64,000 nt of DNA from an uncultured virus (IMG/VR IMGVR_UViG_3300044634_002018) (taxonomy: Duplodnaviria; Heunggongvirae; Uroviricota; Caudoviricetes): IMG/VR virus record IMGVR_UViG_3300044634_002018; one strand, given 5' to 3'. The translations under genes were made by a program, and so were the position numbers. Positions 48,850-59,800 of the stretch are shown here, piece by piece (positions within the stretch are counted from its first letter, which is position 1; every line of letters begins with the position of its first letter). The notes under the pieces are model-generated. The model searched no databases and was not told where the DNA came from. It saw only the letters and a list, made by a program, of their open reading frames with translations.

Positions 48850-51800
48850 ATGTGTAACGTAACAACAACAAGAGCAAAAACTAAAGCACACCTAGTTACA
48901 AATGGTGTTATAGATAAATGGAACAACATTCTGAACCTAAATGAGTTCAGAAAAGTGAACAGGTTATACTCCGAAAATGCTACCAGCAGGTTTGGCACTC
49001 CTAAACTTATGTTTGAGGAAAACGGTAAAGTTATTTTTAATGAAAGTGCATTCAGATTAATAGATGCTCACAAGGGAATAAATTACCCTGATAACTTGGA
49101 GGAGCAGAAAATAGTTAATTCCTCGAACTACCAGTTAAACCCGGAACCATTTAGTACTGTACCAGAACCTATACTTGACACGTTAAGAAATTTTTTACTG
49201 CGAGTGAACCCAGATTTCAGGTTAGAAACTTTGGATGAATTGAATGACAACCAAGGTATTAGTGTAGGTGCTGTCACTAAGTTGAATGAATTTCTGATTC
49301 AGATTAAACGAGGCAATGAGTCTGCAATTCCAGAAGAGGTTGCTCACGTGTTTGTAGAAATGTTAGACAAAGGGAGCAAATTGTACAAAGAAATGGAATC
49401 CAGCATTACCATGACCAAGATGTACCAACATGTCCTCAAGGAATATGGGAGTCATCCTGAGTACAAGGGAAACTACGAAAAATTAAAAAGAGAGGCTATG
49501 GCCAAGTTAGTCTCGCTTTACACCCACAATAAAGCCTTGGCTGCGTATTATTCTGGTTCCCCTGATCTGTGGAATAAAATGAGGTCTATAATTCAAAACA
49601 TCATACTACGGGTTAAGGGTTTAAAGAATCCTTTTAATCAAGCAGCAATGAGAATTTTAAGTCTTGAAACAACCGAGTTACTCTACTCGAATGCTATGTT
49701 ATCGGATACTATGTATCAAATTCACGACTTGAGTGATTTCAGACAATTCCAAACTTTAAACAAAGATTTGGGAGATTACGATACTGTCTTAATCAATGTG
49801 AATGATTCACTCCTTGACTTAAAGAACTATACTATTCCAGACAGACCGTCTCGAAGAGACCCTGAAAAGATTATCCCCGGAAAAGCAATCAAGGGTAGAA
49901 TGTGGTCAATACCTAACAGTGAAGACCTCAAAAAATATTACACTAATTCCCGTTTAACAAAACTAGGCAGGGAACTCAAGGACAAAATCAAAATAGTAGG
50001 ATCCAGTAAATTTGTATTCTTTACGAGTGGTGAAATCACCCAAGAATTAAGGGACAGATTAGAAAATGAATTTGGACCTGTCAAGTTAGTTTCTACTCGT
50101 CAAGAAGACATGCTAGAGTCAGAAGATGGTACTTTCATAATGGACCCTGTTTCCAAACTTGACATAGTAGAACAAGAAAAGAAAGGAAATACTTTAGTAG
50201 TGGATAACACCAAGGACTTCTCAGGCACTGACACTGACTTTGTTTACTATAACAATGGAAAAGTAAAGTACACTGATTACGGGGAGATGATGAAAAGAAG
50301 AGCAATCGAGGCAGAAGCAAAAGAGTTCAGTGAGGTTGTCCTAGAAGAGTTTAAAAAATTATCCCCTGACAATATAGTGAACTTGGCTAAACCTGCTTTA
50401 AAGTTAATTTCTCGGATAGTAAATCGAATAGAGAACGAAGATGCAAATGAGGAAGGAGCAGATGGACTCTCAGACTTATTTAAAGACAAATTTGGAAACC
50501 TCACCATTCCTATTGACAGAGCCAGACAAATCATACGCCAACTTGAGGAAAATTCAGTAGAGTTTTCACAAGGGCTTTTAAACTTTGTAAATTCAATAGG
50601 CTCTACTACTCTTTTTTGGGAGAATGCAAACAAGGCCGACTTTCAATATTTGAGAACTCTCTTAGAAGGGAGTAAAGAAGACGTGAATAAAGGAATCAAA
50701 GATGCTGCTGTTTTAATGAGAATGATTCTTCAATGGGAAGACTGGTTAAAAAGCATTCAACCTATCCTTTCTCATCCTGACTTTCAAGAAACCAAGGTTC
50801 TCAAGGAAAGGTTTGCTGCTTTAGGAACTGCTCTTAGAATCTCCAAGGAAAGAATTAACAAACTTTCCGTGGATTTACTCACCACTCAATTGGCAGATGT
50901 GGGCAAAGATTACAACGTGGGTAAAATGGCTGCTTTAAGGGCAGGACAAATTACTCAAGAAGAATATGATGAGGCAATTATAACACCTCAAAAATTAGCC
51001 AATATTATCTTTGGTTTAGAGGGTGATGTGGCAATGAGTGCTTACTTTGAAAACTCTTTATTTATCGGGGATGATTTAATTCAGACTGTTTCCACAGTAG
51101 TAGAAAGGTCTATTATAGGAGCCAACCAAGTTTCCCTAGCCAACAGTGTTGAGTTAATCAATGACTTAGGAACTAAGGAAAACAATGAAGCAGTAGGAGC
51201 CAGAATCACAGGCATAGACAAAGAAAATTACATTAAAGAGGATGGCACTATGGACCAAAGAGATGTCTTGATGTTTCATAGTCCACATAAAAACGTATGG
51301 GTAAGAAGAGCCAAAGAATTTGAGGTAGAACAGTTAAGAAAGAAATTCTATGAGGCCAAGGCTTTGGGGGAGGACACTCCTGAAACACTAGAGGCTCATA
51401 GAGTTTACGAAGAAGCATTTAAGGAATTTAAGGCTTGGGAAAAAGCAAACTGGAATCGTGAGTTCCAAACAGAAACTTGGGAAATATACGAGAAATTCGG
51501 GCTGGTAGGTGAAGATTTTGACAGAGCATTAGAAGCACAAGAAAGATTATGGGATGAAAAGAAATCTTTAGTTGCCGAGTTGAAACAACCCCACATAGAA
51601 AAAGAAGAACAAATTATATTACAGGCTAAGATCACAAATATAGAAAACAGGATCAAGAATCTAAGAAATCCTTTTGATGTAGAGACAAACCGGAATAAAG
51701 AAGTCAATAATGACCCAGAAAAAGACAAAAGAATTTCTGATGTCTTAAAAAGAAAACATATTATAGACCGCCAATTGTATGATTATAAAATAGACAATAA

Positions 51801-54702
51801 ACGGTTTTTAAAGGATCTCAATGAAAGGATTAGTCAATTGGCAGACTTAGACCTTCAAAGGGACTTGTCTGATCTTTTAGACACTAACAACCCGTTATGG
51901 TTGAATGAGTTAAAAGCATTAGCAGAAGCCCGTGCTCCACAAACTTTTATAGACTGGGTAGAATTGAACACGAAATTTACTTACTCGGAATCATTTTATG
52001 AGAATAGGAAAAAGATTATAGACGACTTAAAAGGAGCAATCAGTCAACTAGGAGCCTTACTCTCTAAGGATCAACAAGAAGCACTAGAAGAATCCAACAA
52101 GGCTTTGCAAAGTTCTTGGGAGGAACTATTCAACATTTCATCTTCCCTTCGAGACGAGAATGGAGTATTTGATGCTTCTGACTCCTCACTCGAACATCAA
52201 GAGTTAATAAAGCAAGCAGAAACCGAAATTAATATCCTAAAGGCTCTAATAAAGGAGCAGAGTTCAAGTTTAGACAGTGATGTTGCTAAAGCCTTGAGAA
52301 AAAAAATTATAAAGGTTATTGAAGAGTTGAGTGATCTTCAAAGCAAGCAGCCCACTGACTATTATAATGAAGTAATGTTTGCTAAATTAGAAAAGATCTA
52401 CCCAAAAGAATTAGGAAGAGTATTTGAAAATGAAGACTTTCTAGCCTTGGTAAGAAGTTCTAAATTTCAGACCTTTTTGCAAACTGCTCCTCAAGATTTC
52501 TTAGACTGGTTTAACACGAACCATTTTATGAAGGAATACGAGGAGGATGGTGAAGTCGTAGTGGATTATAAACCTACTTATATTTGGATGAAAATAACCC
52601 CAAACAACACCGAGGATATTCTTTTGATCCCTAACCAGAAATACTCCAACCGAAAGATAAAAGATAACGTAGTAGTAGAGTTTGAGGACAGGGTAGAATT
52701 TTTTCAGATCAAGACAGAGAAGAATGAAAATACTTGGGATGATGTAACCGAGCAATGGTTGCCAAAATCTGACGAGTTTAGGAACGAAGCATATTATAGC
52801 ATGAATGCTTCGGACAGAGCATACCACAAAAAGTTGGTAGATTTTTACCGTAAGGTTCAAAAAGATGCCCCTAAAAACACACGTATGGGTTATAAAGCCC
52901 CGTTTATGCACAAGACATTTACTGATGGTGGTGGGCTAGCCTCTTTATGGAAGTCATTTACTGAAAACATAAACCCGGTAGAAAGTGGTGAAGAAAATGC
53001 CACGCCTTTAAGGAGTAAGTTTGCAGACAGATTAAGAGCATTTGTGGGATTAGAGACTAAGGCTCAAAGAGAAGTCCAGACTGATCTTTTAGGGAACAAG
53101 ATTTCTAGTATTCACACTCCTTATAAAAATTACATAGAAGAGAAGGATGTGACCAGAGATGTGTTAACATCGGTGCTTAACTATTCAGAAGGACTAGAAA
53201 GAACCAAAGCATTAATAGGTAATGTTCCAGAACTTAATCTTTTAGAACAACTATTAGAGCAGTTTAATCCTTTTGAAAAAGACCTTTTAGGTACTGGTGG
53301 TAGAAGGGTCAAAACAGGCAAGAATCGGAGATTAGAAGTAATCCAAAACATCAAGAAAACCAAATTGTATGGAGATGTCAAGGATTACGAACTAGGAAGA
53401 GGTTTGGACAAGGCTACCTTAATGATGAGAAACTGGACTTCACTGTTTTCTCAATCTATTATTAACCCGGCCAACTCCCTAAAGAACTACATTCAAGGCA
53501 TGCTCACCAACATTATTTCTGTGGATGCAGATTGGGCAGACTCTAGGAGTATAATGAAAGCCATGAAATCTGCAAAGACTTCTTTCATTCCGTTTATAAG
53601 TGAATTAGGAAACCAAAAGAAAAGCCTTGACTTTCAAATTGTTACACTATTCAACTTGTCTATGTCACAAAATGTAACTGACTTGTTTAGTAAGACTGCC
53701 TTAAAAAGACAACTTGATCCATTTGGAAAATTCAAGTACATAAGTTCTGAGGCTGCTGAATTTTCAGTCACTACCACTTTACTTTACGCTCATTTGTTCC
53801 ACAAAAAAGTAATGATAGATGGAGTAGAAAAACCATTATATGATGTTTTTTATTTAGACAATGGAGTGTTAAAAATTAAGGAGGCTAAAGACGGGGACAA
53901 AGTAGTAAATCAAGACTACATCAATGAGTTGGTCTTGAAAACCAAAGTAATCACAGAGCATGTGCAAGGAAAACAATTCAACTCCACTGTGGCTCAAAGA
54001 TTCACTATATGGAGAAATTTTGAGTTTTTTAAAAAATATTTCATTCCCAAACTGCGGGAAAGATTCGTGGGAAAACGGAAAAACCTAGTAATGGGGAATG
54101 ATATAGAAGGGTTTTATGTTACTACTTTCAAACGGTTTCTCTTAGAAGTCTTGAGTTATCTTGATAATGGTAGATTTTCAGGTGTAGCAATGTCTCCACT
54201 TGAGATAGTGGCAAGAAGAAAAATGACACGCGAGTTAATTACTATGTTAAGCACTTATCTTTTAATCACTTTCTTATTTGGGTATGATGATGACGATGAA
54301 GAAAAAAATGACAAGTTAAAAGAAAACAGTTGGGCAACTAATTTTTCTCTTATGACCATGCTTGCTGCAAAGAAAGAAACAGATGCTGCTTCTATCATAC
54401 CTTTACTTAACACTCAGGAATCCATGATTCCCCCTCTTTTTAACGAGACTTATAATTTCGTAAAAGAGCCTTTTATGGGATTTGGATTATTTGAACAAGG
54501 AAAGAAATTAATAGATGCCTCATTTACACACGTCTTTAACAATGAAGATGCTTATTATGACGCAGACATGAAGGCTTATTTTATAGAAGAGGGAGACTCC
54601 AAATTAGGACACAGACTAAAAAAACTCATGCACTATGATGCCATTTTATATTTAGGAAGTCCAGAATATAAAATACAAAGCACACAATCTTTTGCTAAGT
54701 AA
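48850..54702 (+). CDS. Giant ejected protein 3 (zincin-like N-terminus, helical, C-terminal hydrophobic segment)
   Basis: 1950 aa; PEEVAH at 49333 and REAMAK; FFKKYFIP...EGFY motif; ELITMLSTYLLITFLFG hydrophobic segment; only Cys is residue 2. Confidence 0.75.
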   Translation: MCNVTTTRAKTKAHLVTNGVIDKWNNILNLNEFRKVNRLYSENATSRFGTPKLMFEENGKVIFNESAFRLIDAHKGINYPDNLEEQKIVNSSNYQLNPEPFSTVPEPILDTLRNFLLRVNPDFRLETLDELNDNQGISVGAVTKLNEFLIQIKRGNESAIPEEVAHVFVEMLDKGSKLYKEMESSITMTKMYQHVLKEYGSHPEYKGNYEKLKREAMAKLVSLYTHNKALAAYYSGSPDLWNKMRSIIQNIILRVKGLKNPFNQAAMRILSLETTELLYSNAMLSDTMYQIHDLSDFRQFQTLNKDLGDYDTVLINVNDSLLDLKNYTIPDRPSRRDPEKIIPGKAIKGRMWSIPNSEDLKKYYTNSRLTKLGRELKDKIKIVGSSKFVFFTSGEITQELRDRLENEFGPVKLVSTRQEDMLESEDGTFIMDPVSKLDIVEQEKKGNTLVVDNTKDFSGTDTDFVYYNNGKVKYTDYGEMMKRRAIEAEAKEFSEVVLEEFKKLSPDNIVNLAKPALKLISRIVNRIENEDANEEGADGLSDLFKDKFGNLTIPIDRARQIIRQLEENSVEFSQGLLNFVNSIGSTTLFWENANKADFQYLRTLLEGSKEDVNKGIKDAAVLMRMILQWEDWLKSIQPILSHPDFQETKVLKERFAALGTALRISKERINKLSVDLLTTQLADVGKDYNVGKMAALRAGQITQEEYDEAIITPQKLANIIFGLEGDVAMSAYFENSLFIGDDLIQTVSTVVERSIIGANQVSLANSVELINDLGTKENNEAVGARITGIDKENYIKEDGTMDQRDVLMFHSPHKNVWVRRAKEFEVEQLRKKFYEAKALGEDTPETLEAHRVYEEAFKEFKAWEKANWNREFQTETWEIYEKFGLVGEDFDRALEAQERLWDEKKSLVAELKQPHIEKEEQIILQAKITNIENRIKNLRNPFDVETNRNKEVNNDPEKDKRISDVLKRKHIIDRQLYDYKIDNKRFLKDLNERISQLADLDLQRDLSDLLDTNNPLWLNELKALAEARAPQTFIDWVELNTKFTYSESFYENRKKIIDDLKGAISQLGALLSKDQQEALEESNKALQSSWEELFNISSSLRDENGVFDASDSSLEHQELIKQAETEINILKALIKEQSSSLDSDVAKALRKKIIKVIEELSDLQSKQPTDYYNEVMFAKLEKIYPKELGRVFENEDFLALVRSSKFQTFLQTAPQDFLDWFNTNHFMKEYEEDGEVVVDYKPTYIWMKITPNNTEDILLIPNQKYSNRKIKDNVVVEFEDRVEFFQIKTEKNENTWDDVTEQWLPKSDEFRNEAYYSMNASDRAYHKKLVDFYRKVQKDAPKNTRMGYKAPFMHKTFTDGGGLASLWKSFTENINPVESGEENATPLRSKFADRLRAFVGLETKAQREVQTDLLGNKISSIHTPYKNYIEEKDVTRDVLTSVLNYSEGLERTKALIGNVPELNLLEQLLEQFNPFEKDLLGTGGRRVKTGKNRRLEVIQNIKKTKLYGDVKDYELGRGLDKATLMMRNWTSLFSQSIINPANSLKNYIQGMLTNIISVDADWADSRSIMKAMKSAKTSFIPFISELGNQKKSLDFQIVTLFNLSMSQNVTDLFSKTALKRQLDPFGKFKYISSEAAEFSVTTTLLYAHLFHKKVMIDGVEKPLYDVFYLDNGVLKIKEAKDGDKVVNQDYINELVLKTKVITEHVQGKQFNSTVAQRFTIWRNFEFFKKYFIPKLRERFVGKRKNLVMGNDIEGFYVTTFKRFLLEVLSYLDNGRFSGVAMSPLEIVARRKMTRELITMLSTYLLITFLFGYDDDDEEKNDKLKENSWATNFSLMTMLAAKKETDAASIIPLLNTQESMIPPLFNETYNFVKEPFMGFGLFEQGKKLIDASFTHVFNNEDAYYDADMKAYFIEEGDSKLGHRLKKLMHYDAILYLGSPEYKIQSTQSFAK

Positions 54703-54778
54703 TAGTAATTAACAATAAAAAATAAATAATAACTAATTTTATTAGTTAAACCAAACTTCTTCTACGTAAGTATCTTAG

Positions 54779-54786
54779 TATATTTG
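54779..54786 (+). promoter_or_regulatory. Bacteroidota -7 element TATATTTG upstream of the fibre operon
   Basis: TAnnTTTG match in an AT-rich intergenic region. Confidence 0.55.
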
Positions 54787-54819
54787 CGTAGAAGTTGTAC
54801 AAACAAACAACACACAGTT

Positions 54820-55191
54820 ATGGCAAATGCAGGCTATAAAGTCGTAATTAAGCAAGGTAATTACGCATTCAAACAACCCGGATTAAATCTTCCGGGCTTA
54901 GACTTAGAAAGAGCATTAGTAGATTTTGTTCTTGCTAAAGGTTTGGCAACAAACCCAAGTAAAGATTGTTGTACTTTACTTTCAGCAAATCGTAAATTCA
55001 GAGTGACCCAGAATTTAACAGGTTCAGTGTTAATCACACATAACCTGAATCTTCCAAGTCCTTTTATTACGAATGTGGAAGTAAGGACATCAGCAGGTCT
55101 TCAAGTATTAACCACTGTTACTCTTGAAACTGCCAACACCGTAACTATTAATGCTGGTACTCTTACGGGTGCTATAATCACAATCAGTTAA
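54820..55191 (+). CDS. Short fibre/decoration protein
   Basis: N-terminal module shared with the next gene; C-terminal ITHNLN...TANTVTI domain; start moved to ATG 54820. Confidence 0.7.
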   Translation: MANAGYKVVIKQGNYAFKQPGLNLPGLDLERALVDFVLAKGLATNPSKDCCTLLSANRKFRVTQNLTGSVLITHNLNLPSPFITNVEVRTSAGLQVLTTVTLETANTVTINAGTLTGAIITIS

Positions 55192-55200
55192 GAATAAACT

Positions 55201-56886
55201 ATGAACAAGTATAAAGTAGTGTTTGCACCAAGTTCACATCAGGTTGCAACATCAAAAAGAAAACCCGGTCTTTACTTAGAAGAAGCACTCTTTGACTTTG
55301 TAATAGAGAAAAACTTGGCAACAAATCCTAGTGGGGACTGCATGACACTTATACCCGTGGGTGGGGGTGGTGCAGTTCTCACTAACTTGGGAGTAACCAG
55401 AACTGGAACTACCAATGTGATTAGTAATTCAAATGGATCTGGGTTTACTCTTCAACTCGCAAGTGGAACAGAAGCAGGTTTAGAATCTCCTGCTAGTTTC
55501 ATCAAGACAGGTTATCTCACGGTAACTGCTGCTACTGACCTTGACTTTATAAGGGTGAATGTTCCCCTCAAACAAGACAAGATTCAATTTCAATCCCAAG
55601 GTGCTAACTTAGGTGGAACTGATGTAACAACTATTAACCTGACTGGTGCTGGTGTTACAGGAAGTAGGTCAGGAAATGTAGTCACTTATAACATCTCAGG
55701 AGTTTCTGGAGGGTCAGGTTTAACAGATGGGGATAAAGGAGACATAGTAGTGAGTGCAAGTGGAACTACATGGACCATAGACACGGCTTCCATTAGTAAT
55801 GCCAAGATGGAAAATATGCCAGCAAACACAGTCAAAGTTAGAAACTTAGCAACTGCTGGGGTGCCTATTGACTTAGTGCTCAATCTGAACCAATTATTAG
55901 GAAGAGGTTCAAGCGGAAATGTTACTCCTATTAATCTGGGTACTAACCTTTCTATGTCAGGAAACACTTTAAATGCTACACCTGCGGCTGCTGGAAATGC
56001 AGAAAATGGGATAAGTGGGAATGGATCTGTTTTGACTCCTTTTAAACTGGGAGGAACTTTAAATGCTCCCACTGGTATTAATGCTTCCGGGAATGACTTC
56101 GTAATAGTTGATGCTGGTATAGTACAGTTTGAAAGTGACACTGCTGGTAGTCCAGTAAGATCAGAAATAGTAGTAAATGCAGATGGTGGTACTAGTGCTT
56201 ATTTAAAATCCACCAGTAAGTTAGACTCAAATAAGTTTGCCCAACTTTCTCTGGCACACACATTACCTATGGGTTTGACTTATCAAGTTAACACTGGTCA
56301 AGAAGTAGGTTTTGTAATAGATGCAAATCCTTCTACTGTCAATTCTAAGTTAAGGCTAAGAACACCAAATGTTGCCCTTGGTACAGCAATTACAGGACAA
56401 GTACCTACTCTTCAATCAGACGGTACAATAGAATATCAAACCAATGCAGGTAGTGTTACAAGAGTATCAGTAATTCCGATTTCTGGTACTGGTAAATGTA
56501 CTTTCACTTACACAGGAGCCACAGCACCCACTTTTACTAGAAACACAGCCTCAGTATGGACTATTAATGTTCCTGCTGGTACTGAATTATTGGCTGCTGA
56601 TATATACTCACCTGCTGCGGCTAATCCCGGAAGCAATGTGACTTTAAATATTAACACTGCTTCTACTGTATACAATCAGGACATTTCAACAGTCTTAATT
56701 CCAATTTTTAGTGGGGTGGCTTTATCAGGCGGTACAGGTTCTTATGCTTTGACCACAGGTACACCCAATCTTCAACCTAGTATATCTGTACCTCCTGCAA
56801 ACGGAGACATACAGTTTTTAATCAACAATTATAATACGGCTGCTGGTTTAGGATCAGGTGACAGCATTTTAAAACTTACTTTTTAA
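55201..56886 (+). CDS. Fibre protein
   Basis: Gly/Thr/Ser-rich; LTDGDKGDIVVS.SG.TWTID and GNGS..TPFKLGG.L fibre-type motifs. Confidence 0.75.
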   Translation: MNKYKVVFAPSSHQVATSKRKPGLYLEEALFDFVIEKNLATNPSGDCMTLIPVGGGGAVLTNLGVTRTGTTNVISNSNGSGFTLQLASGTEAGLESPASFIKTGYLTVTAATDLDFIRVNVPLKQDKIQFQSQGANLGGTDVTTINLTGAGVTGSRSGNVVTYNISGVSGGSGLTDGDKGDIVVSASGTTWTIDTASISNAKMENMPANTVKVRNLATAGVPIDLVLNLNQLLGRGSSGNVTPINLGTNLSMSGNTLNATPAAAGNAENGISGNGSVLTPFKLGGTLNAPTGINASGNDFVIVDAGIVQFESDTAGSPVRSEIVVNADGGTSAYLKSTSKLDSNKFAQLSLAHTLPMGLTYQVNTGQEVGFVIDANPSTVNSKLRLRTPNVALGTAITGQVPTLQSDGTIEYQTNAGSVTRVSVIPISGTGKCTFTYTGATAPTFTRNTASVWTINVPAGTELLAADIYSPAAANPGSNVTLNINTASTVYNQDISTVLIPIFSGVALSGGTGSYALTTGTPNLQPSISVPPANGDIQFLINNYNTAAGLGSGDSILKLTF

Positions 56887-59800
56887 ATGAAAAATTTAAT
56901 TATAGTCTTGTTTGTGTTTTTGGGACTTTCTTTAAAAGCACAAACAGTTTATTCAAGTTTTGCAGGGTATGGCACAGTAACTAACATAACAGGGACTGGG
57001 CCTAGTTTTGATTTGACTATAAGTTCATTTGTAGGCAATCCTAGGTTTGAGCCTAATGGACAATATTTTGCATCAGATGTAACTACTGGTGATGTTTTGT
57101 GGGTTAACTGCACAAGACTACCTATTACTTTTGTAGGAGTAACTTCCGCTTCCAGCATGGTTATTACTGTAAATGCACCCGGAGTAGATTGGGCATTAGG
57201 AATTTCTGGACCATCTATAAATCAAAGAGTAGCAATAGTATCCGAGGAATCCGGTTTACCTTTTCTTCCTCAAACTGGTGATGGTAACAGTGGTACTATA
57301 TCAGGGATTTCTTCTGATTTGTACACTTGTATGCTTAACCACTACCAAAAAGCGTTACTTACTACTTATAACCCTGTAAATGAAATTGTAGATTACGTAG
57401 GTATTACTAATGTGGCTCCTGCAACTGATCCTACTTTATACACAGGCCAATTGTGGAAAAACTCAGTAGGACAGTTATATAGGTCTAATGGGGTATCTTG
57501 GATCAATGATGGTTACACACTCAACACAAGCACGGAATTTGCAGGAAACGGAACATTAGCAACCCCTTTAAAATTGGCTCAACAATCCGCTACTACTGGA
57601 CAAACCCTTAAATGGGATGGTACTAAGTGGACCCCAGCCAATGACAATGTAGGCTCAGTAGTGACTGCTAATTTAACAGGAACTTCCAAAGTTACTGTAA
57701 CTAATGGAGTAGGTGCAGTTTTGGGTGCGTCTAATGTAGTATTAGATGTAAACGAAGCCAACCTTAACTCTGGATTGATTCCTATTATAGACATAGGTAA
57801 TTATTTTCCCAATGACAATGTGAACGCTGCTTTACAAGTTTTAGGTGCTGCTTCTCAACCGGGTGTGACTAAATTAGGCCCTACAATTGCCCCTTCTGGT
57901 CCTAATGGTGGATTGATTAGTAACGATACTTTATACTTAGCACCTGCTGATGACATATACAAAGGGGTTATTAGACTTGCTGGTGACTTAGATTTACCAG
58001 CAAATGCTCCTGTTGTCACAGGTTTTTACGGAAGAGATTTAGTAAGTACAGCACCTACTGATGGACAAGTTTACGCTTGGAACAGTACTCTAAGTAGATG
58101 GGTTCCAACTACTCCAAGTGCAGGAGGACTTACTGACCTTTCAATAGCAAACAGAACAGCAAATAACTTAGATGTAGTATCTTCTACGGGAACAGATGCT
58201 ACTTTGCCATTTGCTACCAATTTACTTGCAGGTTTACTCACTGGAGGAGATAAGGCAAAACTTGATACTCTTAATAATCAGTCAATAAGTGCTGGAACAG
58301 GAATTAGTGTGTTAAGGACTGGACAAAATTACCAAGTAACAAACACAGGAGATCTTTCCAATACTAATGAATTGCAAACAATTTCTTACAGTGCACCTAC
58401 TATTACTTTAAGTAATGGTGGTGGGTCTTTTAATATTCCTCAAGGCACAGTTACAAATGTTTCTGCAACTCCTTCCAATGGGATAACTACAACAATTAAC
58501 AATCCGGGGACTACTCCTGAATTAGTCATAGGCTTAGGGGCTATTACTCCTACTTCTGTAAATGCTTCTGGGACAATAGCAGGTTCTAATTTAAGCGGAA
58601 CTAACACAGGAGATAATTCTCCCAACTCTTTATACAGTGGTTTAGTGACTAATCAACCTGCCAATCTTAGTGTAACAGGCACTGCTTCTCCACTCACTCT
58701 AAATAGTAGTGATGGCACAGATGTGACTATATCAGGAGGAGCAGGTGTAGGATTGGTTGGGACTAGTTCATCCATTCAAATAGTAAATACTCTTCCAGAA
58801 AATACCACTATTTTAGACGGAACTACTATTGATCTTACCCAGACAGGAGGACAAATAACAGCCGAGATTAAACAACAGGGAGCCACAAGTGGACAAGTAT
58901 TAAGTTGGGATGGTTCAAATTGGTCTCCCAGTACTCCCAGTTCTGGAGTGACTGATTTATCTGTAAGTAACAGGACTACCACTACACTTGATGTACTTTC
59001 AAACACTGGTGCTGATGCTACACTTCCTTTTGCCACTAATTTACTAGCGGGATTGTTGGTAGCAGATGATAAAACTAAACTAGACAATATCACAGTAACA
59101 AGCCCAGTTAACTTAAACACGCTGGCTACAAATAGTCACGTTCCAGTCACAATCACAGGGGAAACTTACATAACTCTAGCAGGTCAAGTTCTAACTGCTA
59201 ACCAGATCAACTCAACTAATATAGCAAACGGAACTATTCTTTATGCTGATATAAACCAGAACGGAGCAACAAATAATCAATCATTTAGATGGAATGGATC
59301 TGCATGGGTTAATTACACCACTGTAACAAGTTTAACTGCAACCCCAAGTACAGTAAATGTTGGTTTAGATTTTAATGCTGGTGCAGCAAGTGGCCCTGTA
59401 ATTCTAGCAGCAAATGCAAGCAGAGCAGGTGTATTAACTGCTGCTTTGTGGAGTAAACTTGACACCCTTAATAATCAAAGAGTACTAGCAGGAACAGGAA
59501 TTGGAGTGGTTAAAGTAGGACAAGACTACACAGTAACTAATAATGCCCCTGACCAAACTGTGACTATTACAGGTGCAACAGGTACTTATCCTAACTTTAC
59601 TTTACCAACTGTTGACGGCTCTGAAACGAAAGTAAATTCTGGAACCAATATCTCAGTAACAGGTGCTGGTACAATAGCAAGTCCTTACGTGGTAAATAAC
59701 TCTGCACCAGAATCTACTACTGTAACAGATGGAACCACCATTAATCTAACGAAGACTGGTAATGATATTACGGCTGAGTTACAACAACAATCAGCAACTA

